DNA of 64,000 nt from an uncultured Gemmatimonadales bacterium (lineage in GTDB: Bacteria; Gemmatimonadota; Gemmatimonadetes; Longimicrobiales; Longimicrobiaceae). Positions 31,252-43,200 of the stretch are shown here, piece by piece (the first letter of the stretch is position 1; each line of letters opens with the position of its first letter). Where the stretch lies: assembly GCA_963716255.1 (NCBI GenBank), contig OY970303.1, forward strand, positions 6,976,001 through 7,040,000. The letters are read 5' to 3'. Below the pieces are notes generated by a model. The model saw only the letters and a program-made list of their open reading frames with translations. It made no database searches and had not been told where the DNA came from. The position numbers were made by a program, and so were the translations under genes.

Positions 31252-31330
31252 CCGGCGGGGCGGAGCGGCCGGACGCCGGCTCCGGGACCGGGTTCGGCCG
31301 GTTCCGCGCCTCGTTCCTTCCGGGTCCGGT

Positions 31331-31948
31331 ATGCTTCCCTACGTCTTCGACCTGATGGGGGTGGCGGTCTTCGCCGTCAGCGGCGCGCTCGCCGCCAGCC
31401 GCAAGGGGCTCGACCTGTTCGGCGTCCTGGTGTTCGCGGCGATCACCGCCATCGGCGGGGGCACGCTGCGGGACGTGCTCCTGGACCGCCACCCGATCTT
31501 CTGGATGCTGGACCCTTCCTACCTGGGCGTCACCTGCGCCGCCGCCCTGGCCACGGTGCTCTACGTGCGGTATCGGCCCGCCCCCGGCCGCGCCCTCCTC
31601 GTCGCCGACGCGCTGGGCCTGGCGCTCTTCGCGGTCTCCGGGGCGCGCATCGCCGAGGCCGCGGGACTTTCTCCCCTCATCGTCATTCTCCTGGGAACCA
31701 TGACGGGAGTGGCGGGCGGTGTCCTGCGCGACGTGCTGAGCGCCGAGGTCCCGCTGATCCTCCGCCGCGACGTCTACGCCACCGCCGCGGTCGCCGGCAT
31801 CTCGGCGTACCTGCTGCTCCAGTGGCTGGGCGTGCCACGGCCCGCGGCGGCGGCCGTGGGGATGGTCGTGGTGGTGGGGCTCCGGCTGCTCGCGATCGTG
31901 CGCGGCCTCGGCCTGCCCGTCGCACGTCTCCCCCACCAGCCTTCGTGA
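31331..31948 (+). CDS. TRIC / UPF0126 (YadS/YicG-like) membrane protein
   Basis: FAVSGALAA..DLFG..TAIGGGTLRD repeated as DALGLALFAVSG..TGVAGGVLRD. Confidence 0.92.
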   Translation: MLPYVFDLMGVAVFAVSGALAASRKGLDLFGVLVFAAITAIGGGTLRDVLLDRHPIFWMLDPSYLGVTCAAALATVLYVRYRPAPGRALLVADALGLALFAVSGARIAEAAGLSPLIVILLGTMTGVAGGVLRDVLSAEVPLILRRDVYATAAVAGISAYLLLQWLGVPRPAAAAVGMVVVVGLRLLAIVRGLGLPVARLPHQPS

Positions 31949-32039
31949 TCCCTGCGGAGACGGGGCCGGCGCGGGGACCGACCCGAGCATCGCCGCCGCG
32001 ACGTGAAGCGGTAGGAGTGAGCGCCCGCACGATCGACCC

Positions 32040-33263
32040 TCACCGCGAGCCGCTCTCCTCCAGGCGGCCCCCGAGCACAGTAATTTCGAGGTCGACCCTG
32101 CGGCTCTTTGGGTCGTCCCGCAGGCCGCGACTGATTCCGCCTGTGGCATACTGGTAGTCGACGTTCTCCACCCCGAGCGCCCTCGCGAGGTACGCAGCCA
32201 CCGCGAAACCGCGGACCGCCCCCAACTCGCAATTGTTCCATATCCGTGGACCGACGACCTGGCCGTTGCTTCCCCAGATCCCCAACGGGATCGGGCCGTC
32301 GCCGTTTACCGCGTTTTCCCTACAACCTGCGTAGCGGATTGCTGCCGGCCCCGCTACCGCAGCTAAATCCCCGTAACCCGCGTTCTCCAAGTCCAGGCTG
32401 ATCCCGCCTTTCTCGTGGTTGATTTCAAGGGAGTCGCCGTACCCGGTCGCTTCGATGTGGAGTTCGTGCCGCGGCCAGTTCCTGCGCGCGGCGTGCAGTG
32501 CCTCGATCACACCCTCCAGGGAGGCGCGGGTTCCGCCTTCCACCCGGTACTCACCTCGTCTGAAGCCCTGCGCGGTGTCATCCCGAATCCACTTCAGCAT
32601 GGAGCGTGTCTGAGTGCATGGGGGACTTGACTCTGTTGGGTCCAGATTGTCTAGGAATCGGCCGATCTGGTTCGCGACCAGGAGGTCGAAGATCCGATTC
32701 AGGCTGATGGACCTGCGGGTCTGGCCAGCGCGGTAGAGGGAGTCCTGCAAGATCTCGTTGATCTCCCGATAGACTACGCGGGTGACGAGCTCACACGAGG
32801 TGGCATCTGGAGCAAGTGGGATGTCGATTACATGCACAAACCTGGACATGGGGAACAGGGCAGGCGCGGTCTCGTACAGGGTCCGCACCATGCTGGAGGT
32901 GGTGTCCTGCAAAAAGAGTTGAAGGCTGTGTGCGCGCCGCTTCTTCATCACTGACTGGAGCGAGGCGAGGTGGCCAAGGCTCTGGACCGTCAACGCGATC
33001 GTGTCCCTCGCATTGCGGTAATAAACGCTCGTGCCGGGGCGGATGCCGCGTGCATGTTTGAACATCCCAAGCACCGACTCGCCTCCCACCCTTACATCCC
33101 GGAGGTGGAAGCGAACTGGCTTGACGACTGGCACACCGCTCAGCAGGGAGTCGAGTGCGACCGGTCGCTGCGCCCGTGTGGACTGACCGCCGAGCGAGGT
33201 CGGCGAGAGGAGGATCGCGCCCAAAGCCGACAAGACCAGTATGCGGTGAAGTAACAGTGTCAT
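32040..33263 (-). CDS. Secreted hypothetical protein with a divergent OmpA-like C-terminal domain
   Basis: ~407-aa ORF in lower-GC DNA with a signal-like N-terminus and the pattern IEATGYGD..NCELGAVRGFAVAAYL..SRRVDLEI. An alternative TTG start lies at 33269. Confidence 0.65.
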   Translation of the reverse strand: MTLLLHRILVLSALGAILLSPTSLGGQSTRAQRPVALDSLLSGVPVVKPVRFHLRDVRVGGESVLGMFKHARGIRPGTSVYYRNARDTIALTVQSLGHLASLQSVMKKRRAHSLQLFLQDTTSSMVRTLYETAPALFPMSRFVHVIDIPLAPDATSCELVTRVVYREINEILQDSLYRAGQTRRSISLNRIFDLLVANQIGRFLDNLDPTESSPPCTQTRSMLKWIRDDTAQGFRRGEYRVEGGTRASLEGVIEALHAARRNWPRHELHIEATGYGDSLEINHEKGGISLDLENAGYGDLAAVAGPAAIRYAGCRENAVNGDGPIPLGIWGSNGQVVGPRIWNNCELGAVRGFAVAAYLARALGVENVDYQYATGGISRGLRDDPKSRRVDLEITVLGGRLEESGSR

Positions 33264-33265
33264 GC

Positions 33266-33685
33266 TCAATCAGTACTGAAGACGTGGGATACGAGTAGCC
33301 ACAGGCTCACGTAGATGACGAGGAGGACGACCAAGCCCGCCACGAGGACCGGACCTACTCTGCCGAGCCGAATCGGTCGGTCTCTTCCTCCGCGCGTGGG
33401 CGGCGGGGGCTTGACAAGCAGGTGGCCAGAGGGCCATGGCGGTGAATCGACCTTGGCAGGAGTCGCGGGGGAGGGAGGCTTCAGGCCGGCTGGGTCGGTG
33501 GTTTCCTGACGGATCTGCTTGATGTGCTCCACCAGGACGGGTACGTACGCGCAGATGATTGTAGCCATCTGCGTAGCCAGAAACTCATGGCCGCGCAGGT
33601 ACAGGAGATAAGAGATGGTTGCACCGATGATGTACGCGACCGCGTGGAGGCTGGACCGGCTTACCGCTTTAATGAAGACGCTCAT
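33266..33685 (-). CDS. Hypothetical membrane protein
   Basis: Two N-terminal hydrophobic segments, a Pro-rich linker and a C-terminal TM (VLVAGLVVLLVIYVSLWLLV). Its stop abuts the start of the next gene. Confidence 0.55.
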   Translation of the reverse strand: MSVFIKAVSRSSLHAVAYIIGATISYLLYLRGHEFLATQMATIICAYVPVLVEHIKQIRQETTDPAGLKPPSPATPAKVDSPPWPSGHLLVKPPPPTRGGRDRPIRLGRVGPVLVAGLVVLLVIYVSLWLLVSHVFSTD

Positions 33686-33992
33686 GGGGCGAAAAGAGGA
33701 TTTCGTGTTCGTGGGAAGGCGGCGGCGCTCCTGCCGCTGAATGAAGTGGCAGACCAAGACCGATCGCAATAAATGTTTTCTGGGAAGAAAAATCAATGTT
33801 GTTCCTGTGTGCGGTGGTAGCGGCTACGTCCAGTTTCAGGAATCAAGTGGCGAAGACGACAAGCTTCATCGCCTCGTCCTGGCGGACAGTGCACTCGACT
33901 CGCTGGCTAAGCACGAACCGAAGGGCGAAGAGGTGGAATTCCTTGCCGAGTTTGACTCGCTGGTCTAGGAGCATACAAATGCTCACCATTTT

Positions 33993-34029
33993 GTTGCGAA
34001 TATTTCCAGACTTGTATTAATTGAACCGG
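33993..34029 (+). promoter_or_regulatory. AT-rich promoter-like motif upstream of the PKS-NRPS
   Basis: GTTGCGAATATTTCCAGACTTGTATTAATTGAACCGG; 28/37 ungapped identity to 53186-53222. Confidence 0.65.
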
Positions 34030-34231
34030 TCGCCGGTGGATTCGGTTTCGCGTGATCGAGCGGGTACCAGGGCGGTCGTCGGAAATGGCTATCCCGGAGC
34101 CGCGCACGCGGGAAGCCGCGCCGGAATCCCCCCGCGCCGGCGCGGGCCGCGCGGACGCCCGCCGGCAGCACGAAGCCCGGCCCCCGCGGGACGCCGCAAC
34201 CACCCCCCACGAACCACCCAGGAACGCTTCG

Positions 34232-37200
34232 ATGCGAAGTGCAGGCGAACACCACGTAGCCATCGTCGGGATGGCGGGCCGCTTCCCGGGCGCGCGCGAC
34301 GTCGACGAGTTCTGGCGCAACCTCCGCTCCGGCGCGCCCTCCCTGCGCCGCTTCACGGAGGCGGAGCTGGCCGCCGCCGGCGTCTCGCCGCGCGAGTTCC
34401 GCGCGCCCGGCTACGTTCCCGTTGCCGGGGAGCTGGAGGGCGCGGAATTGTTCGACGCCGCGTTCTTCGGGCTGACGCCGCGCGAAGCGCTAGTGATGAA
34501 CCCGCAGCAGCGGGTGTTCCTGGAGTGCGCGTGGGAGGCGCTGGAGCGCGCGGGGTACGCGTCGCGGGGCTTCGGGGGGCGGATGGGGGTGTACGCCTCG
34601 GAGGGGGACAACCGCTACCTGCTGGACGTGCTGTCGCAGCGGAGCCTGGTGCAGGCGGTGGGGGCGATGCAGGTGTTCCTGCACAACGCGGCCTCGGTGG
34701 CGACGCTGACGTCGTACAAGCTGGGTCTGAAGGGCCCCAGCCTGAACGTGCAGACGGCGTGCTCGTCGTCGCTGGTGGCCGTCCACCTGGCGTGCCAGGG
34801 GCTGCGCACGGGGGAGACGGACGTGGCGCTGGCTGGTGGGGTTCGCATCAGCGTGCCGCGGGGCCGGGGCTACCGCTACCAGCCGGGGGGCATCCTGTCG
34901 CCGACGGGGGAGGTCACGCCCTTCGACGCGGAGGCGCGCGGGTCGGTGGCGGGGAGCGGGGCGGGGGTGGTGGTGCTGAAGCGGCTGGCGGACGCGCTGG
35001 CGGACGGGGACGTGATCCACGCGGTGATCCGGGGCTCCGCGATCAACAACGACGGCGACGAGAAGATGGGGTTCACGGCGCCGCAGTGGGAGGGGCAGGC
35101 GGCGGTGATCCGGGAGGCGCTGGCAGTGGCGGGGGTGGAGGCGGGGGACGTCACGTACGTGGAGGCGCACGGATCGGGGACGGAGGTGGGGGATCCCATC
35201 GAGGTGACGGCGCTGACGGCGGCGTTCGGGCGGGGGAGGCCGGGGAGCTGCGCGCTGGGGGCGGTGAAGTCGAGCATCGGGCACCTGGACGCGGCGGCCG
35301 GGGTGATGGGGCTGATCAAGGCCGTGCTGGCGCTGGAGAACGGGGAGATCCCACCGTCGCCGTACTACCGGACGCCGAACCCGCGGATCGACCTGGAGCG
35401 GTCGCCGTTCTACGTGAACGCGGAGCTTCGGCCGTGGGCGCGGGGGGGCACGCCGCGGCGAGCGGGGGTGAGCTCGTTCGGGATGGGGGGCACCAACGCG
35501 CACGTGGTGCTGGAGGAAGCGCCGAAGGGGAAGCCGTCGGGCCCGTCGCGTCCGTGGCAGCTGCTGGTGCTGAGCGCGCGCACGTCCAGCGCGCTGGATG
35601 CGGCGACGTCGCGTCTGGCGGAGCACCTGCGTGCGCACCCGGAGCAGAAGCTCGCGGACGTGGCGCACACGCTGGGGGTGGGTCGGCGTCGGTTCGCGCA
35701 CCGGCGGGTGCTGGTGTGCCGTGGGCGGGAGGACGCGGCGGCGGCGCTGGAGACGCTGGACGCGCGGCGGCTGGTGGAGGGGGTGCAGGAGCGGGACACG
35801 CGGCCGGTGGCGTTCCTGTTCCCCGGCGTGGGCGACCACTACGCGCAGATGGCGCGTGGGCTGTACGAGGCGGAGCCGGTGTTCCGTCGCGAGGTGGACC
35901 GGTGCGCCGAGCTGCTGCACGCGCACACGGACACGGACGTGCTGGAAGCGCTCTTCCCCGGCGACCCCGCGCCGGAGCAGACGGCGGGGGGCGCGGCAGC
36001 GGACGGGGGTGCTGAAGAATCGATTGACCTTCGCGGGATGCTGGCCGGGGGCGCGGCGCGGAGCGGCGACCCGCTGGGTCAGACGGAGGCGGCGCACCCG
36101 GCGGTGTTCGTGGTGGAGTACGCGCTGGCGCGGCTGTGGATGAGCTGGGGCGTGTGTCCGCAGGCGATGATCGGGCACTCGCTGGGGGAGTACGTGGCGG
36201 CGACGGTGGCGGGGGTGTTCACGCTGGAGGACGCGCTGGAGCTGCTGGCCTACCGGGCGGGCCTGATCTCGGGGCTGCCGGCGGGGGCGATGCTCGCCGT
36301 GCCGATGGAGCCGTCGGCGCTCGCGCCTCGGCTGCGCGGGGGGCTGGCGCTGGCAGCGCACAACGCGCCGGGGCTGTGCACGGTGTCGGGCCCGGTCGAG
36401 GCCGTGGCGGCGCTGGAGGCCGAGCTGATCGCGGAGGGCGTGGCGTGCCGGCGTCTGAACGCGGAGCACGCGTTCCACTCGGCGGAGATGGAGCCGGTAG
36501 CCGCGGGGCTGGCCGATCGGCTGCGGGCGATGCGGCTGGCGGCGCCGGAGGTGCCGTTCGTGTCCAACGTGACGGGGACGTGGATCCGCGCGGAGGAGGC
36601 GACGGACCCGGAGTACTGGGCGCGGCACCTGACGCGGACCGTGCGCTTCGCCGAGGGGATGGGCGAGCTGCTGCGGGACGGGAGCCGGGTGCTGCTGGAG
36701 GTGGGTCCGGGGCGGACGCTGGGGACCTTCGCGCTGCACGCGGGGGCGGCGGAGTCGGCGGTCTTTGCCTCGCTGCGGCACGCGTACACGCGCAGGGCGG
36801 ACCAGGCGCACCTGCTGGAAACGCTGGGTCGGCTGTGGGTGGCGGGGGTGCGGGTGGACTGGGAGGCCTTCGCGGCCGGGGAGCGGCGGCGGCGGACGCT
36901 GCTGCCCACGTACCCGTTCGAGCGGCAGGCGTACTGGGTGGAGCGCCAGCGCCGCCCGCGCCGGCGCAGGCCGGGCGCACCGAAGGCCGGCCGCGCCGCG
37001 GTCGGCGAGGGCGTGGCGGGCGCGCTCCCGGCGGGCCTCGCGGAGGTCGCATCGGAGTACGCCACCGGTCAGGCGACGGGGCTTCAGCCCCGGCCGGAGA
37101 CCGGCACCCGGTACGTCGCCCCGGAGGGCGAGCTGCAGGCGCGCATGGCGGCGCTCTGGGGCGACCTGCTCGGCTTCCAGGACATCGGCGCGCACGACGA

Positions 37201-40200
37201 CTTCTTCTCGCTCGGCGGCCACTCGCTGCTGGCCACGCAGCTCATCGCCCGCGTGCAGGACGAGTTCGGGGCCGCCGTCTCGCTCAACGCGGTCTTCGAC
37301 GACCCCACCGTGGCCGGCATGGCGGCGAAGGTGGCCGCCCTGCGCGCCGACGCGCACGCGGAGCTGCCCAGCGCCATCCACCCGGCGCCGCGCACCGGGC
37401 CGCTCCCGGTCTCCTACCACCAGGAGCGGCTGTGGGTGCTGGACCGCCTGGAGCCGGGCAGCCCCATGTACAACGTGCCCACGGGCAGCTGGCTGCGCGG
37501 GCCCGTGGACGTGGACGCCGGGCGGCGCGCCCTCGCCGAGATCCTGCGCCGGCACGAGGTCCTGCGCAGCGTCTACGCGGAGACCGGGGACGGCCTCGTC
37601 CAGGTCGTCCGCGAGGACACCGAGGTCCCGCTGCCGGTGGACGACCTGTCCGACGTCCCGGAGGCGGAGCGCCTGCGCACCGTGCGGGCGCGCTTCACCG
37701 CGGAGGCGCGGCGCCCCCTGGACCTGGAGAACGGGCCGGTGGTGCGGGCGCGCCTGCTGCGCCTGGACGCCGAGCTGCACGCGCTGCTGGTGACCTTCCA
37801 CCACATCATCATGGACGGGTGGTCGGGCGGGGTGTTCATCCACGAGTGGACGACGCTGTACGGGGCGTTCCGGGCCGGCAAGCCCTCGCCGCTGCCGGAG
37901 CTGCCGATCCAGTACGCGGACTACGCGGTGTGGCAGCGGGAGCAGCTGTCGGGCGAGCGCCTGGAGGAGCACCTGGCGTTCTGGCGGGAGAGCCTGCGGG
38001 GGGTGTCTCCCGTGCTGGAGCTGCCCACCGACCGTCCGCATCCGCCGGTGCAGAGCTACCGGGGCGGGCTGTACGGGGCGGCGCTGGCGCCCGCGCTGGT
38101 GGAGCGGGTGCGTGCGCTGGCGGCGCGCGAGCACACGACCTTTCACGTGGTGCTGGCGGCGGCGTTCCAGGCGCTGTGCTTCCGCTACACGGGGCAGGAG
38201 GACTTCGCGGTGGGCTCGGTGGCCGCCAACCGGCGGCCGGAGACGGAGGGTCTGATCGGCTTCTTCATCAACACCATCCCGGTGCGTGCGCGCCCCTCGG
38301 CGCGGCTGCGCTTCGCGGAGGTGGTGGGGCAGGCGCGCGCCTTCATGGCGGCGGCGTACGCGCACGCGGAGGTGCCGTTCCAGATGATCCTGGACGAGGT
38401 GAAGCCGGAGCGGGATTCGAGCCGGAACCCGCTGATCCAGGTGATGCTGGGGATCCAGGCGCCCGGGGCCCACGGTCCACCACCGGAGGACGAGTCGGGA
38501 ATGACGACGCAGCTTCTGGAGGACAGCGTGCTTCCGCTGGGGGACAGCGGGACGTCGAAGTTCGACCTGACGATCCTGGTGGAGGAGGGAGCGGAGCCGT
38601 CGGCGATGCTGGAGTACAACAGCGACATCTTCGAGCGCGCGACGGCGGTGCGGTTCCTGGAGCACTACGTGGTGCTGCTGGAGGCGGTGGTGGAGGCACC
38701 CGGGACGGCGCTGGAGGACATCGCGCTGCTGCTTCCGGAAGAGCGGCGGCAGCTGCTGGAGGGGTGGGCGAGCGCGACGGGGCTGCCACCGGCACCGGTC
38801 GGCCTGGAGGCCGCCCTCTCGTCGCAGACGGGGACCATCCCGGGGAGGGTGCCGGGGCGGGACGGGTACAGCGTCGCCGAGCTGGAAGCGCTGGCGGAGT
38901 GGGTGGCGTCGGCCCTGCGCCTCGCCCGGCCGGGCGAGGAAGCCGTCGAAGCCGGGGGAGCGTGGGTGCCGGTGCACGAGCGGGTGCTGGCGCGCGCGGC
39001 GGAGACGCCGGACGCCGTGGCCGTCGCCTCCGGCGGCGAGCGACTGACGTACGGCGAGCTGGCGCGCCGCTCGGCGGAGGTGGCGGTGCGGCTGCGCGGC
39101 CTGGGCGCGGGTCCGGAGACCCGGGTGGCGCTGCTGGCCGGGCGCTCGCCGGAGCTGGTCGTGGGGATGCTGGCGACGCTGCGCGCGGGGGCGGCGTACC
39201 TGCCCATCGACCCCGGCACGCCGGCGGAGCGCGTCCGGGTGATCCTGGCCGACGCGGCGGCGCCGGTGGTGCTTGCGGACGCCGCGCTGGCGGAGCGCCT
39301 GGAGGGCTTCGGGGGCGGGGTCATCGTGCTCGACGCCCCGCTTCCGCAGGACAACAGCGTGGAGGCTGGGGCTCGGGAAGCCCTCCCCCAGAATTGGGGG
39401 AGGGTGGCGGCTCTGAGGCCGCCGGGTGGGGGCCTCTCCGCGGACCCCGACAGCGCCGCTTACGTCATCTACACCTCGGGCTCCACCGGCACCCCGAAGG
39501 GCGTCGTCGTCACGCACGGGGGGCTGGCGAACCTGGTGGACTGGCACCTGGGCGAGTTCGCGGTGACGGCGGCCGACCGGGCGACGCAGCTGGCGGGGCT
39601 GGGCTTCGACGCCGCGGTGTGGGAGACCTGGCCGTACCTGGCCGCGGGGGCTGCGCTCCACCTGGTGGCGGACGAGGACGAGCGCACGTCGCCGGAAGCA
39701 CTCCAGGCGCTGCTGCTGGAGCGCGGGATCACGCTGGCCTTCGTGCCGACGCCGCTGGCGGAGGGGATGCTGGGGCTGGAGTGGCCGCGGGACGCGGCGC
39801 TGCGCGCGCTGCTCACCGGGGGCGACGCGCTGCGCGCCCGGCCGGCGGCCGGGGCGCCGTTCGCGCTGGTGAACAACTACGGGCCCACGGAGAACACCGT
39901 GGTGGCCACGTCGGGCGCCGTCGGGCCCGAGGGCGGGGGACGCGCGCCGGGGATCGGGCGTCCGATCCGGGGGGTGCGGGCGTACGTGCTGGACCCGGGG
40001 CTGAACCCGGTGTCGATGGGGGTGCCGGGCGGGCTGTACCTGGCGGGCGCGGGAGTGGCGCGCGGGTACCTGGGGCAGGCGGCGATGACGGCGGAGGCGT
40101 TCGTCCCGTGCCCGTTCGGGGAGGCGGGGGGGCGCATGTACGCCACCGGTGACCGGGTGCGCTGGCTGGCCGGCGGGGAGCTGGAGTTCCTGGGGCGGAC

Positions 40201-43200
40201 GGACCACCAGGTCAAGCTGCGGGGGTTCCGCATCGAGCCTGGGGAGGTGGAGAGCGTGCTTCTGCGCAACGCGCGGGTGCGGGAGTGCGTGGTGGTGGTG
40301 CGCCAGGACGCGGGCGGGCGGAGGATGGTGGCGTACGTGGCGGGAAGCGGTCTGCCCGACGCGGAGGCGCTGCGGACGCGGCTGCGGGAGTCGCTGCCGG
40401 AGTACATGGTGCCGGGCGCGTTCGTGGCGCTGGAGCGGCTTCCGCTGACCTCCAGCGGCAAGGTGGACCGGGGCGCGCTCCCGGATCCGGCGCGCGAGGA
40501 CGGGGGCGATCACGCCGCCCCGCGGACTCCGGCGGAGCGGGCGCTCACGGAGGTCTGGAGCGAGGTGCTGGGGGTGGAGCGGGTGGGGATCCACGACCGC
40601 TTCTTCGAGCTGGGCGGCGATTCCATCCTCGCCATCCGGGTCGCGACGGGCGCGCGCAGGGCGGGGCTGCAGCTGCTGCCGCGGCAGCTCTTCGAGCACG
40701 CCACCATCGCCGAGCTGGCGCGCGTGGTGGGGACCGCTGCCGCGATCGTGGCCGAGCAGGGACCGGTGACCGGCCCGGCGCCGCTGGCGCCGATCCAGCG
40801 CAGCTTCTTCGCGCAGGACGACGTGGCGCCGCACCATTACAACCAGGCGGTGATGCTGGTCCCGCCGCGGGCCCTCCGTCCGCGCCTCCTGGAACGGGCG
40901 CTCACGGCGCTGGCGGCGCACCACGACACGCTGCGCCTGCGCTTCCGCAGCGGGAAGGACGGGTGGACGCAGCTGCACGCGCCCGCCGGGGAACACGTGC
41001 CGCTGGCGGTGATCGACCTGTCGCGGCTGGACGGGGCGCCGCGCGGCGGGGCGCTCGCGGGCGCGGCGGACCAGGTGCAGGTGAGCCTCGCCCTGGAGCG
41101 CGGACCCGTGGCCCGGGCGGCCCACTTCCACCTGGGCGACGGCGGGCCGGGGCGGCTGCTGCTGGTGCTCCACCACCTGGCGGTGGACGGGGCGAGCTGG
41201 CGCATCCTCCTGGAAGACCTGGAAAGCGCGTACCTGCAGCTGGAGCGCGGCGAGCCGGTGCGCCTCCCGCCGAAGACGACCTCGTGGAAGACGTGGACCG
41301 AGCGCCTGGCGGAGCATTCCCGCGCGCTGGAGACCGTCGCGGAAGCCGCGTACTGGATCTCGCAGGCGCGCCGGAAAGTGGCGCCTCTCCCGCTGGACGA
41401 CCCGGAGGGCGAGGACACCGCCCGTGGGGAGGCGAGCATCGCCGTGCGGCTCGACGCGGACGAGACCGGGGCGCTGCTTCGCGACGTGGCCGCCGCGTAC
41501 CGCGCGAGCATCGACGAGGTGCTGCTCGGCGCGCTGGCGAGCACCGTGGCGCGCTGGACCGGGGACGGACGGGTGCGGGTGGAGCTGGAAGGGTCCGGCC
41601 GGGACGAGGAGCGCTTCGCGGACCTCGACCTGTCGCGGACGGTGGGGTGGTTCACCAGCCTGTACCCCGCCGTGCTTGAGCTGCCGGAGGACCGGGGCGC
41701 GGGCGCGGTGCTGAAGGCGGTCGCGGAGCAGCTGCGCCGGGTGCCGCACCGGGGCCTCGGCTACGGGCTGCTGCGGTGGGGAGGCGGAAAGCGGGCCGGC
41801 GAGAAGCTGGCGGCGGCGCCGCGTTCGGAGGTCGCGTTCGGCTGGCTGGGCCAGCTGGAGGAAACGGTCGCGGAGCACACCTTCTTCCGGCTCGCACCCG
41901 AGCCGGCCGGCGCGAGCCAGGACCCGCGGCGCGTCCGGAGCCACCGGCTCGAAGTCATCGGGGCGGTGAAGGGAGGCCGGCTGTCCGTGACGTTCGGCTA
42001 CGGCGCGGCGACCCACCGGCGCGAAACGATCGAGCGCGTCGCCGCCTGGTACGCCGAGGAGCTGCGCGCGCTGATCGCGCACTGCCGCGGCGCCGGGGCG
42101 GGCGGCCGCACGCCGGACGACTTCCCGCTGGCGGGGCTGGACCAGGCGGCGCTGGACACGCTGCTGGGGAGCGAGCGCGGCGGCGTGGAAGACGTGTACA
42201 CGCTGACCCCCATGCAGGAGGGGATGCACTTCCATTCGCTCCTGTCCCCAGGCTCGGGCGTGTACGTGGGGCAGTTCGGGTACCTGCTGGAGGGACCGCT
42301 CGACGTCCAGGCGCTGGACCGGGCGTGGCAGTACGCGGTGGGCCGCCACGAGATCCTGCGGGCGAGCTTCGCCTGGGAGGGCCTTCCCAGGCCGGTGCAG
42401 GTCATCCACCGCGAGGCGACGCTGCCCTTCCGGGTGGAGGACTGGCGCGGCCTGGGCGGCGCCGAGCGGCAGGTCCGCCTGGAGCAGCACCTCGAAGCCG
42501 ACCGGCTCGCGGGATTCGACACGGGACGCGCGCCGCTGATGCGGGTGGGGCTGTTCCGGCTGGAGGAGGAAGAGCACCAGCTGCTGTGGACCCACCACCA
42601 CCTGGTGATGGACGGGTGGAGCCTGTCGCTCCTCTTCCGCGACGTGCTGGCGGCCTACGCGGCGCACGTGCGCGGGGAGGCGCCGCGGGCCGCGCCGGGG
42701 GTGCGCTTCCGGGAGTACGTGGCCTGGCTGGAGCGGCAGGACCGCTCTCGCGCGGAAAACTTCTGGAGGAGGGCGCTCGCCGGCTTCGACTCGCCCACCC
42801 CGCTCCCGGTGCCGGGGACCGCGCGGACCGGGGAGGAGGGGCAGGGCACGGCGGCGCTGCTGCTCTCGGAGGAGCGGTCGGCCGCGCTTCAGGAGCGGGC
42901 GCGCCGGTGGGGCGTGACCCCGAGCACGCTGGTGCAGGGCGCGTGGGCCCTTCTCCTGGCGCGCTACGCGGGGACCGACGACGTGCTCTTCGGGGCGACG
43001 GTGTCGGGGCGGCCCGCGGATCTTCCGGGGGCGGAGGAGATCGTGGGGCTGTTCATCAACACCCTCCCCGTGCGGGTGCGCCTGAGGCCGCGGGCGACGC
43101 TGGGGGAGTGGCTGGCGCAGCTCCAGGGGGAGCAGGCCGAGGCGCGCGAGCACGACTACGCGCCGCTGGTGGAGGTGCGGAAGTGGAGCGACGTTCCCGC

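Noticed and set aside
33813..33823. ops-like GGTGGTAGCGG
   Set aside because: An imperfect match lying upstream of the putative promoter, so not in the leader.
33741..33968. 75-aa + strand ORF in the AT-rich region
   Set aside because: No recognisable motif or RBS; it could be a gene remnant but is unsupported.
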